Both the position numbers and the translations under genes were made by a program. The notes under the pieces were generated by a model. It saw nothing but the letters and a program-made list of their open reading frames with translations, did no database searches and had not been told where the DNA came from. From an uncultured Candidatus Saccharibacteria bacterium (GTDB taxonomy: Bacteria > Patescibacteriota > Dojkabacteria > SC72 > WJKH01), in assembly GCA_964602665.1 (NCBI GenBank), contig CAZRRH010000004.1:16169-80168 (forward strand): 64,000 nucleotides of DNA, read 5' to 3'. Below, piece by piece: positions 56,499-64,000 of the stretch (its first letter is position 1; each line of letters opens with the position of its first letter).

Positions 56499-57885
56499 TT
56501 AAAAGTCTTTCTCTTATTAAGTCTACACTACTTGAACTCATTATGACTATAATTGTGTTTTTATCACTTATTTTATCCAAATAATCAAGCATATTATCTT
56601 CTATTGGCATATATTGTACATTAGGTTGCGTCTCTTTTATGGCATCTGTGATATCTTTGCCGTAGATCCTGTCTTCTTTTGGAGTCTCTTTTTTAGCAAT
56701 AATTCTTGGGATTATAACCTCATCTGCATTATCAAAAGCACCGGCATACCATTTTAGAGTTTCGCGATTTTGATTAAGTGACAACCTTGGATAATAAACT
56801 GCAATAATCTTCTTGTCTGGATATTTATATCTTAAAGCATCAAGAGTTGCTTTAGCCTTAACAGGTGAATGAGCAAAATCGTCAATTATCGTTGCTCCCT
56901 TTATGTTTTGACCTACAGTCTCAAGTCTTCTCGCCGTGCCATTAAATGTGTTCACAGCGTTTTTAAGAGCATTTATATCGACACTATTTTCGCAAGCCGT
57001 AAAAATAATTGCTATTGCACCAACAAGGTCTTCAATATTGTGCTTGCCAATAAGCTTTGTCTTAAATTTACCTATTAAATTTTCTCCGTTATAAAGCTCA
57101 AATTCACCGTCAGGCTTTATGTTTCGCGCAAAAAAATCGGGATCTCCCTTTCCATCTATTCCATATTTGACACATCCATCTAAGTTTAGCCTAGAAATGT
57201 TTTCTCCATTAACATTTATCACGATTTTTTTGCGCGTTATATCAGCAAGCTTTTTAAAGGATTCAATATAATCTTCCTCCGTTCTGTAAATATCTGCATG
57301 ATCCCATTTAAGTGAAGTAATCAATGTATAATCGGGCTCGTAATAAAGGAATTTAGGCGTCATATCATAGTTAAAAGCGCTGATATACTCATCCCCTTCC
57401 ACGACAGAATATTCTGTATTGTTAGAAACTCTAACTCCGTCATCATAATCAATTGGCTTTCCTCCTATAAGGAAATTAGGGTTTTTGCCTAGTTTATCAA
57501 GAAAACATGCAACTGCAGTAGTTATTGTGCTTTTGCCATAACTACCTGCTATAACTATAGATTTTGAACTTGTTATGTATTTGCCGACCAAGTATGGGAA
57601 AGGTTTTATTTCTTTGCCAAGCTTTTTGGCATATATAAATTCAGGGTGATTTGGGTTTTGCAAAAGTGCCGAGTTGCCTATGATAACAAGATCTGCTTCT
57701 TTTACAAGCTTTAGGTCATACTCAAGTTCTGTGTATTTTATACCTTTTTTTGCAAGTACAGATTTAGCCGGTTCCCAAACTTTATTGTGCTCAGACCCTG
57801 TGACTTCCCATCCAAGATCTCGCATCATAACTGCCAAAGGAGCAATTGCAGACCCCGCAATTCCAATAAAATGTACTTTACTCAT
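56491..57885 (-). CDS. Mur ligase family protein (UDP-N-acetylmuramate--L-alanine ligase MurC, or Mpl-like murein peptide ligase).
   Basis: The N-terminal Rossmann HFIGIAGSAIAPLAVMMRDLGWEVTGSE is MurC/Mpl-type. The P-loop is IAGSYGKSTITTAV. 464 aa. Confidence 0.8.
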   Translation of the reverse strand: MSKVHFIGIAGSAIAPLAVMMRDLGWEVTGSEHNKVWEPAKSVLAKKGIKYTELEYDLKLVKEADLVIIGNSALLQNPNHPEFIYAKKLGKEIKPFPYLVGKYITSSKSIVIAGSYGKSTITTAVACFLDKLGKNPNFLIGGKPIDYDDGVRVSNNTEYSVVEGDEYISAFNYDMTPKFLYYEPDYTLITSLKWDHADIYRTEEDYIESFKKLADITRKKIVINVNGENISRLNLDGCVKYGIDGKGDPDFFARNIKPDGEFELYNGENLIGKFKTKLIGKHNIEDLVGAIAIIFTACENSVDINALKNAVNTFNGTARRLETVGQNIKGATIIDDFAHSPVKAKATLDALRYKYPDKKIIAVYYPRLSLNQNRETLKWYAGAFDNADEVIIPRIIAKKETPKEDRIYGKDITDAIKETQPNVQYMPIEDNMLDYLDKISDKNTIIVIMSSSSVDLIRERLLNG

Positions 57886-58561
57886 TTATTTTTGACTTTA
57901 ATAGTTTTAAATCAGTACTCCATTTATTTCCATCGAAATACTCCAAGCCCTCAAATTGAAGTTTGTAAAGTGAAGCTTTTGTATATATTGTCCCAAGATA
58001 TACATATTTTAACCCAAGTTCTTTTGCTTCCATTATCGCACGAAGCATCATCCCCATACCTGCATTTCTCTCCCTGTATGATAGGTCATAAAAAGGGTAT
58101 GCATAATGCAACGATTTATCAGTCTGTAATGTCATACAATAGCCAAAAACATTTCCTGCTTCAGTATAAACAAAAAGTTTGTTAAAAAACTGCTCTTTAA
58201 AAAGTCTTTTGATCGTTTGCGGGCGAAAGATTTTTTTGGCATTATCTTCTTGATTATAGAAATCAACCGCTATTTTTCCGATTTTATAATTATAGTTTTT
58301 TATATCAATATCAAGCATGTCTAAACCCATGTACTCTGTTTTAGATAATATCCTGCGATTTTCGCTGTTTAAATTAAATTTCGATAAATCTATGCGCAAA
58401 CTTCTAGCAAGATAAAATCTACCAGGAGCTATCCTTGACGATAGGAATCCGCTAGCTAATATTTGGTCAATATTATCTCCTTGCTCCATTTGCCCATAAA
58501 CAGAGTATGGATAAACATATTTAGCAGGATTTGCTGATTTTTCAACAAAAATGATTTTCAA
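57878..58561 (-). CDS. Bpt/ATE-family (GNAT-fold) aminoacyl-tRNA--protein transferase-like protein. The ORF track gives a TTG start.
   Basis: The C-terminal region SLHYAYPFYDLSYRERNAGMGMMLRAIMEAKELGLKYVYLGTIYTKASLYKLQFEGLEYFDGNKW matches the ATE_C motif of bacterial Bpt (..YAKRSLG...ILWQIEQAK.LGL.HVYLGYWI..C.KMAYKARF.PLE). 227 aa, typical Bpt length. Confidence 0.55.
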   Translation of the reverse strand: MKIIFVEKSANPAKYVYPYSVYGQMEQGDNIDQILASGFLSSRIAPGRFYLARSLRIDLSKFNLNSENRRILSKTEYMGLDMLDIDIKNYNYKIGKIAVDFYNQEDNAKKIFRPQTIKRLFKEQFFNKLFVYTEAGNVFGYCMTLQTDKSLHYAYPFYDLSYRERNAGMGMMLRAIMEAKELGLKYVYLGTIYTKASLYKLQFEGLEYFDGNKWSTDLKLLKSKINE

Positions 58562-58596
58562 TTTATGATTTAAGTTCTAAAATTTAAGATTCAAGC

Positions 58597-58770
58597 TTAT
58601 TTCTCTTCCTCGATTACAAGCAATTCCAGTTCGCCATCTTCTTTTATCGAGGCTACTTCCAAATCAGACCCACAAATTGGACAACTTATGATATCTCCAA
58701 CTTCATAAGTTGGTTTCTCGAGCTCTATATCATTAGCACACTCCGGACAAACTACTTTTTTCTCTTCCAT
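58597..58770 (-). CDS. Unannotated 57-aa zinc-ribbon protein resembling the LysW/ArgW amino-group carrier protein family. It is below the ORF-track length cutoff.
   Basis: ATG at 58768-58770 (complement), TAA at 58597-58599. The translation is MEEKKVVCPECANDIELEKPTYEVGDIISCPICGSDLEVASIKEDGELELLVIEEEK. It matches the LysW pattern CPECGAEL.L.NP..GE.V.C.DCGAELEV....L.LEP...E... with an acidic tail, though the C-terminal residue is Lys, not Glu. Confidence 0.5.
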   Translation of the reverse strand: MEEKKVVCPECANDIELEKPTYEVGDIISCPICGSDLEVASIKEDGELELLVIEEEK

Positions 58771-58846
58771 AATTAATTAATCTAAAATTTTAAATAAAAT
58801 CAATCCCCAATTCTTAATTAGTTATTAATAATTGTTAATAATCCTT

Positions 58847-59989
58847 CTACTCTTCGCTCAACTTTGCCGTTACCTCAGAGACCTGTCCATCTCGCCATAT
58901 TTTAATTTTTATTTCATCTCCTACTTTATATTTTTGAATCATCTGAGCCAAAGATACAAAAACTTTTTCGCCATCAATTTCCATTATGATATCACCTCTT
59001 TTTATTCCTGCTAATTCTGCGCCAGAGTTTGGGACAACCCTCTCAACCAATGCTCCCGGAACTACATTATAATAATAAGCTTCAAAGTCTGAGATTACTT
59101 GAGCAACTTGCACTCCTAGCATCGGCTTAATAAATTTGCCGTATTTGCGGTACTGAGAGAGCCTTTCTTTTACAACATTTATTGGCAATGCAAAAGAAAT
59201 ATTATCCGCACCAGCAACAGTAGCAAAATTTATCCCAATAACTTGCCCTGATAAATTTAACAGTGGTCCACCAGAGTTACCAAAATTAATTGATGCGTCA
59301 GTTTGAATAACCTGTTCATAGTTTTTTATAGATCTATTTAAGCCACTTATAACACCGGTTGTGACGCTACCAGCAAACTCTCCTAATGGCGTACCTATTG
59401 CTATTACAGATTGCCCTTCTGCTAAAAGATCACTATCTCCAATTTCAAGTGGCTGTAAATTAACATCTTCACAATCAACAAACTCTTTATCGTCTATACT
59501 GTTTTTTTTATGACAACTGCCAAGCACAAGCAACGCTATATCATTTACTGGATCAACATGTATAGTCTGTACATCAAACTGCCTTGAATCGTCTGTGATA
59601 ACTAAATAGGACTTTGAGCTATCACTTACTACATGATTATTTGTTAAAACTAATTTATTATCAATTACAAATCCGCTACCAATTTTCATACTATCATTCA
59701 TTACCCCATCGCTTCCCAATGACAAATCGTTTACAGCTACACTAACGACGCTACTTTTAGATTTTTTTACTACATTAATTACGGTGCTTTCTTCTTTTAT
59801 TACAGTAGTTGTACTACCATTTTCTTCTTTTATATTAATGAAGCTATGATTTTCAAGCCAAGAGACAGTAGCTGGATAAACCTTAACGCCGATCCAGAAT
59901 CCGGCTAAAATAAGTACAATTCCTGCAAAAATAAATCCAGATATCTTCAGGTATTTTTTGAGATTACTTTTCTTCTCGACTTCTTCCAT
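58847..59989 (-). CDS. htrA: HtrA/DegP-family serine protease with a PDZ domain.
   Basis: An N-terminal transmembrane anchor. The trypsin-fold triad has LTNNHVV (His), a later Asp, and GNSGGPLLN (Ser). The C-terminal PDZ domain is GIKRGDIIMEIDGEKV. Confidence 0.9.
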   Translation of the reverse strand: MEEVEKKSNLKKYLKISGFIFAGIVLILAGFWIGVKVYPATVSWLENHSFINIKEENGSTTTVIKEESTVINVVKKSKSSVVSVAVNDLSLGSDGVMNDSMKIGSGFVIDNKLVLTNNHVVSDSSKSYLVITDDSRQFDVQTIHVDPVNDIALLVLGSCHKKNSIDDKEFVDCEDVNLQPLEIGDSDLLAEGQSVIAIGTPLGEFAGSVTTGVISGLNRSIKNYEQVIQTDASINFGNSGGPLLNLSGQVIGINFATVAGADNISFALPINVVKERLSQYRKYGKFIKPMLGVQVAQVISDFEAYYYNVVPGALVERVVPNSGAELAGIKRGDIIMEIDGEKVFVSLAQMIQKYKVGDEIKIKIWRDGQVSEVTAKLSEE

Positions 59990-59997
59990 ATTTAAAG

Positions 59998-61287
59998 TTA
60001 GTTTGACAAATTATTTACAGCCTCTTTCATAAACAAGTCGATTTCTTCATCAGATTCTTCTGCCTCATAATCTATCTCTACATCAGGATGTACAGGGTCA
60101 TCAGGATTAATCCACTGCCCGCTAGGTAATAACCACTTAGCCGTTGTAATGTGTAGAGATGATTTATCAGAAAAAGGAATAACTATTTGAGCAGTGCCTT
60201 TTCCATAAGTCTTGGTTCCAATTATTTTTCCTCTGCCATAATGTTTTATAGCGCCAGCAAATATCTCAGACGCCGAAGCAGACCCCTCATTTACAAGCAC
60301 AACGATATTTTTATCTCTTAATTTACCCGCCCTTTCAGAAATAAACAATGTCTCTTTACCATCTCGATCTGATTGTTTTGCGAGTAAAACACCGTTGTCA
60401 AAAAACTCTTCAAGCGAATATATTGCAGCATTAAAAAATCCTCCCGGATTATTTCTTAAATCAATAATTATATTTTTTTTATCACTTTTTATAACCTGGT
60501 TAACCGCTTTATCCCACTCAGAGTTCCATATGCCTGGAGTGTCATCAGTAAACCTAGATACACTTATTACTGCAGTATTTTCATCGTAAGAGGAGAACTC
60601 ATCAGAATAATCTGACGGCTTTTTAACAGTTACGCTTGGGACAACAATTTTACCCCTTGTAATTTTAATATCAATCATCTCGTTTTCACCCTGCCTTAAT
60701 ACCGTCAAAACAATATCTGTACCAGCTTCGCCTCTTATTTTAGCAACTACATCATATACAGTATCAGAAACTTTTATCTCTTCTTGATCCAGTTTTATTA
60801 TTATATCGCCTACTTTAAGCCCAGCTGCTTCTGCTGGAGATCCTTTTATCGGGGTAACAACCTTAATAAGTCCATCTCTTTTGGCAAGCTCGGCACCAAT
60901 CCCTTCATATAATTTACCCGCACTTTGATCATTAAAATCTGCAGTTTCTTTTGGGTCCAAAAATACCGTTGCTGGATCCTCATAAGAATTAACAAGACCC
61001 TTTATTGAGCCGTAGATCATCTCTTCGTCATTATACTTACCCCTATCAACATACTCATCTCTTAAAGTATTCCAAACCTCCCAGTAAAGGTCCATGCTTG
61101 TCCTGGGCGTATTGTCATATTCATAAAGTAGATTGTTATTTAAAATGCCATTCTTACTGTTCTTATATAAAATTGAAGATGTTCCTAATAAATAGCCAGC
61201 AGATAAAGACACCAAAATCAATGTGAGTGTCCAAACAAATCTAAAAATTTTTGTTGCTTTAATACTACCTTCGCTCATAAACTTCAA
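59998..61287 (-). CDS. ctpA: C-terminal processing (tail-specific) peptidase, S41 family (CtpA).
   Basis: An N-terminal anchor, a PDZ domain (GLKVGDIIIKLDQEEI), and the S41 catalytic region VVLVNEGSASASEIFAGAIKHYGRGKIIGTKTYGKG (Ser/Lys dyad). Confidence 0.9.
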   Translation of the reverse strand: MKFMSEGSIKATKIFRFVWTLTLILVSLSAGYLLGTSSILYKNSKNGILNNNLLYEYDNTPRTSMDLYWEVWNTLRDEYVDRGKYNDEEMIYGSIKGLVNSYEDPATVFLDPKETADFNDQSAGKLYEGIGAELAKRDGLIKVVTPIKGSPAEAAGLKVGDIIIKLDQEEIKVSDTVYDVVAKIRGEAGTDIVLTVLRQGENEMIDIKITRGKIVVPSVTVKKPSDYSDEFSSYDENTAVISVSRFTDDTPGIWNSEWDKAVNQVIKSDKKNIIIDLRNNPGGFFNAAIYSLEEFFDNGVLLAKQSDRDGKETLFISERAGKLRDKNIVVLVNEGSASASEIFAGAIKHYGRGKIIGTKTYGKGTAQIVIPFSDKSSLHITTAKWLLPSGQWINPDDPVHPDVEIDYEAEESDEEIDLFMKEAVNNLSN

Positions 61288-61310
61288 TTATATTACCAAA
61301 TTTTCTTAAA

Positions 61311-62180
61311 TTAATCAACAAAAGAAAGTGGTACCAAATCAATTTCATCAAAACACTCATCTGCGCCTATAAAAGAAATTGTATTTCCTTTTGAAGATAT
61401 ATTAACAGTACATTCATCAATTTTTCTATCTATGACAAAGTTCTCTTTATTTAACGGAACATGCCCAAATCCTGATAGTACGACAATGTTTCCTTCATGT
61501 TTGATGTAATCATTATAATCCATTGAATGGGTAATTATAGCTAATACTCCTCTTTGATTTAACGCAACAAGAAGATTCGCATAGAGATATTTGCCAACAT
61601 AAACAATTTTATCTTTCACATCAAGGCTTCTTATATCTCTCTCTGTATAAATCCCTTCCCCATTTCCAAGTACCAATAAATCACCAATTATACTTTTTTT
61701 TAGCGGAGTTTTTTTTGCTACAACTTCAAAATCAACTGTCTTAGCATTTATAACTATTTTTATTCCATTTTTAACATCTATGACCTGTCCTTCAAAGTTA
61801 GCGTTTACGACAGTATCATCTGTATAATCAACTATTTGCACTATTCCTTCGTCAATAAGACCCAGGTTCGCGACACCACTTTTATCTGGGTAAATAACTC
61901 TAACAGACATCTGATCAGCTCCTTTCTCAGATGCTATAACTGTTTGATCATCCACAAACTGCCCATCCACCACTTGTACAATTTCTTTACACCTGTTTGG
62001 TTTTATCTTTAATGCATTAGCCAAATCAAGCTGTTCAATTACTTTATTCCCCTGAACACTATACAATATATCTCCTTTATTAATAATATCTTTTTCTTTT
62101 ACATATATTTGTGCAGAATTTGGAATATCAACTGTAAATCTTTTTATTGAGCTTTGTTTTTTAAGTAATCGCCTTTTCAT
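61311..62180 (-). CDS. Hypothetical protein, possibly a degenerate metallophosphoesterase-like fold.
   Basis: 289 aa. The weak motifs IIGDLLVLGNGEG, IITHSMDY and GNIVVLSGFGHVP resemble calcineurin-like phosphoesterase blocks. It is translationally coupled (ATGA) to the upstream gene. Confidence 0.45.
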   Translation of the reverse strand: MKRRLLKKQSSIKRFTVDIPNSAQIYVKEKDIINKGDILYSVQGNKVIEQLDLANALKIKPNRCKEIVQVVDGQFVDDQTVIASEKGADQMSVRVIYPDKSGVANLGLIDEGIVQIVDYTDDTVVNANFEGQVIDVKNGIKIVINAKTVDFEVVAKKTPLKKSIIGDLLVLGNGEGIYTERDIRSLDVKDKIVYVGKYLYANLLVALNQRGVLAIITHSMDYNDYIKHEGNIVVLSGFGHVPLNKENFVIDRKIDECTVNISSKGNTISFIGADECFDEIDLVPLSFVD

Positions 62181-63439
62181 TTAAGAAGTCCCCATAATTT
62201 TAGTCTTTTCCTGTTATCCTTGCTTGTAGCGCCATACACAACAGGTTTGTTTCTACAATCTACAATAATACTATCAAAAACTGTTTTCAGAGGATCAAAG
62301 ATTATCTTTTCTGATTGAAATTTACCCCTATCAGTAGCTTTTATGTTAAAAACATAATTTTTAGACAAATAATCAGGTATATCGATAATATTTATTTCAG
62401 GAGTATAAACATAGCTATAATCCTGATCAAACTGATATTTTGCAAAAACTTTCCTTATGTCTTTCCTGTCAAATACCGAAGGTATTAAAACCTTTTTTGC
62501 AGGCGGAATTATATCTTTTGATCTAATTATTATATCTTTTGCATTACTTCCAAAAAAATAGTTGTACCCCCAGTTTATTATGTTTTTATTTGGATCCACA
62601 AACAAATCAAAGTCTTTATTAAATCCGAGTCCGTCAATTATTAACTTGGATAAAAACTTAATATCAAGTAATCTCGTAGCTGAGCCCGTTATTATCACGG
62701 CTTGACTGTTCTTTGCAAAAGCATCTTTCTTTCTAGAAAACTGCATGAGAGATTTAAGAAAATAAGCGTTATATGCATCATAAACACTTTCATCAACAAT
62801 GTTTTCATTGTCAGAATAAATTTCATTTGCCCAAAGATTTATATCAATATTGTTAGTTACATAGCTCACTCTAGAAATCACACCATCTTTTATCTGTAGT
62901 ACAGTATCATCTAAATCTGATCTAAGCTCATATTGTCCCGCATTCTCTAGACTTTCGCCGTCAATTCGGACTATTTTTATGCTATGCTTATTAACATCAA
63001 GATATAACATTTCACGATAACCGAGTTTCATCGTAACTTTTCTTATAATCTCTTCATGTGACTTTAAATCGATTTTTTTAACATATTCTCTAGGGAAATC
63101 TATCAACATTGCTGATATTCTTTCTTCTGCAGCAATCTCATACTCAGATATTCCAACATATTCTGACACCAAAGGCTTCATGCTTATTATATTTGCATCA
63201 AGATTATCAAGGATTTGCCATCCAAACTTCTTCCCTAAATCCCTAAAATATGTAATCCAAAAGCTATTAGAACCTTCTTCTAATATTGAGAGTAGTTTAT
63301 CTGTATTTAAAGCGGTAAAATCATTAAGGATATAAGATTCCCCATTTGCGAGATTGGTATAAGCTAAAGATGAGTAAATACCGTCTGAATCTATGTGGAC
63401 TTTAAGTTTGCATTTCATCTCTTGCGCCAATATTAGCAC
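62177..63439 (-). CDS. Hypothetical protein, possibly a divergent actin-like ATPase fold (FtsA/PilM-like).
   Basis: 420 aa. The N-terminal KVHIDSDGIYSSLAY and later AVIITGSATRLLD weakly resemble the phosphate-1 and adenosine motifs of actin-like ATPases. Confidence 0.4.
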   Translation of the reverse strand: MLILAQEMKCKLKVHIDSDGIYSSLAYTNLANGESYILNDFTALNTDKLLSILEEGSNSFWITYFRDLGKKFGWQILDNLDANIISMKPLVSEYVGISEYEIAAEERISAMLIDFPREYVKKIDLKSHEEIIRKVTMKLGYREMLYLDVNKHSIKIVRIDGESLENAGQYELRSDLDDTVLQIKDGVISRVSYVTNNIDINLWANEIYSDNENIVDESVYDAYNAYFLKSLMQFSRKKDAFAKNSQAVIITGSATRLLDIKFLSKLIIDGLGFNKDFDLFVDPNKNIINWGYNYFFGSNAKDIIIRSKDIIPPAKKVLIPSVFDRKDIRKVFAKYQFDQDYSYVYTPEINIIDIPDYLSKNYVFNIKATDRGKFQSEKIIFDPLKTVFDSIIVDCRNKPVVYGATSKDNRKRLKLWGLLK

Positions 63440-63512
63440 AAGAGACTGAAATTTGCAATTTTATTATTTTGATAAACGAAACAGTAAAGATCTCGACCAG
63501 ATCTTTGACTCT

Positions 63513-63812
63513 TTATATTTCTTTTGCTACATAAGGCATAAGAGCTATTTGTCTTGCTCTTTTTATCTCTCTCGTAAGCTGTCTTTGATGTTTAGAACAA
63601 ACACCTGTCTTACTTGTAGGGATTATTTTGCCTTTAACAGTAACAAACTTCTTAAGCTGATAAATGTCTTTATACGATACCTCTTTTACTCCAGATGAGC
63701 AAAGTGGACATTTAAGCTTAGCTTTTTTTGTTGACTTTCTTCTCCTACCTTGATGAGATCCTTCATCATCATAGTAATTCTCTGTTTTTGTTTCTACTTC
63801 TTCATTAGCCAT
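63513..63812 (-). CDS. rpsR: 30S ribosomal protein S18.
   Basis: YKDIYQLKKFVTVKGKIIPTSKTGVCSKHQRQLTREIKRARQIALMPY matches the S18 core. A basic N-terminal extension is present. Confidence 0.8.
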   Translation of the reverse strand: MANEEVETKTENYYDDEGSHQGRRRKSTKKAKLKCPLCSSGVKEVSYKDIYQLKKFVTVKGKIIPTSKTGVCSKHQRQLTREIKRARQIALMPYVAKEI

Positions 63813-63831
63813 ATTTATATCTTATTATATT

Positions 63832-64000
63832 TTAAAATGGCAGGTCATCAATCTCTCCTGCCGATTGATTATCTGTATCTTCTCCATCCATCTCAGCAAG
63901 AAGCTCCTCAGGTGTTTTACCCGTGACGGCAACATCAGCTTTAACTGTGTCTTCACTTTTGCTGTATTCTCCCTTGCCTCGATCGTTTAATATTTTCATT
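63832..64000 (-). CDS. ssb: Single-stranded DNA-binding protein, C-terminal portion (partial, likely continuing beyond the window end).
   Basis: The minus-strand translation ends ...EMDGEDTDNQSAGEIDDLPF*, the acidic SSB tail with the terminal DDLPF (DDDIPF-type) motif. Its position upstream of rpsR fits the rpsF-ssb-rpsR operon. Confidence 0.6.
   Translation of the reverse strand, partial: MKILNDRGKGEYSKSEDTVKADVAVTGKTPEELLAEMDGEDTDNQSAGEIDDLPF

Noticed and set aside
58559-58561. Non-ATG (TTG) start for the Bpt-like gene as evidence that the gene is a pseudogene.
   Set aside because: The ORF is full length with an intact C-terminal ATE_C-like motif. TTG starts are common, so only the exact start is uncertain, not the gene.
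63453-63698. An 81-aa plus-strand ORF.
   Set aside because: It lies entirely antisense within the well-supported rpsR gene and is therefore spurious.
1-64000. A search for CRISPR arrays, rRNA genes, IS elements or transposases, and classic defence modules (RM, TA, Cas).
   Set aside because: No regularly spaced direct repeats, no rRNA-like conserved blocks, and no transposase or Cas-like ORFs were recognisable. The only repeats are the palindrome family, the heptamer run at 40074..40115 and the GCA/GAG codon repeat in the coiled-coil gene.

Overview
This is a low-GC bacterial chromosomal window, roughly mid-30s % GC by eye, and gene-dense. Most genes sit on the minus strand. The gene content (sortase, LCP-family protein, VanY-like carboxypeptidase, a complete Gram-positive-style type IV pilus operon, many small hypotheticals) fits a Gram-positive-like or CPR/Saccharibacteria-like lineage. 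That assignment is an inference only.

Reading left to right:
- A 14.6-kb type IV pilus operon on the minus strand. In order it runs pilB, pilT, pilC, two tandem pilins, pilD, three pilin-like pseudopilins, a PilX-like gene, a CheY-like receiver, a membrane protein, a 1036-aa Cys-rich secreted protein, then pilM truncated at the window edge.
- A divergent holB-like gene, gyrB, an inserted membrane-protein gene, and gyrA.
- A membrane-anchored VanY-type carboxypeptidase.
- A candidate accessory segment: a small protein, a 1741-aa membrane-associated giant protein with calcineurin-like phosphoesterase motifs, a 577-aa coiled-coil protein, a bidirectional terminator, and a tyrosine recombinase.
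- yebC-ruvC-ruvA-ruvB, an LCP-family protein, an RluD-like pseudouridine synthase, tRNA-Leu(CAA) with an unusually long variable arm, dnaB, a sortase with a CsoR-like regulator, and rpmE-prfA-prmC.
- A long minus-strand cell-envelope cluster: phosphohexomutase, murB, an HTH(XRE)-MurA fusion, mraY, an NlpC/P60-like gene, an ATP-grasp gene, a secreted surface protein, a PLP fold-type II enzyme, a MurC/Mpl-like Mur ligase, a Bpt/ATE-like aminoacyl-tRNA transferase, an unannotated 57-aa LysW-like zinc-ribbon protein, htrA and ctpA.
- rpsR and a partial ssb at the right edge.

The observations I rank highest are:
- the LysW-like carrier plus Bpt-like transferase plus Mur-ligase neighbourhood;
- a recurring palindrome, TATATACCC-N4/5-GGGTATATA, that sits in frame inside three unrelated CDSs;
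- the giant phosphoesterase-motif protein segment;
- the HTH-MurA fusion;
- the pilin-2 hairpin and the PilT N-terminal extension.

No rRNA or CRISPR array was seen.
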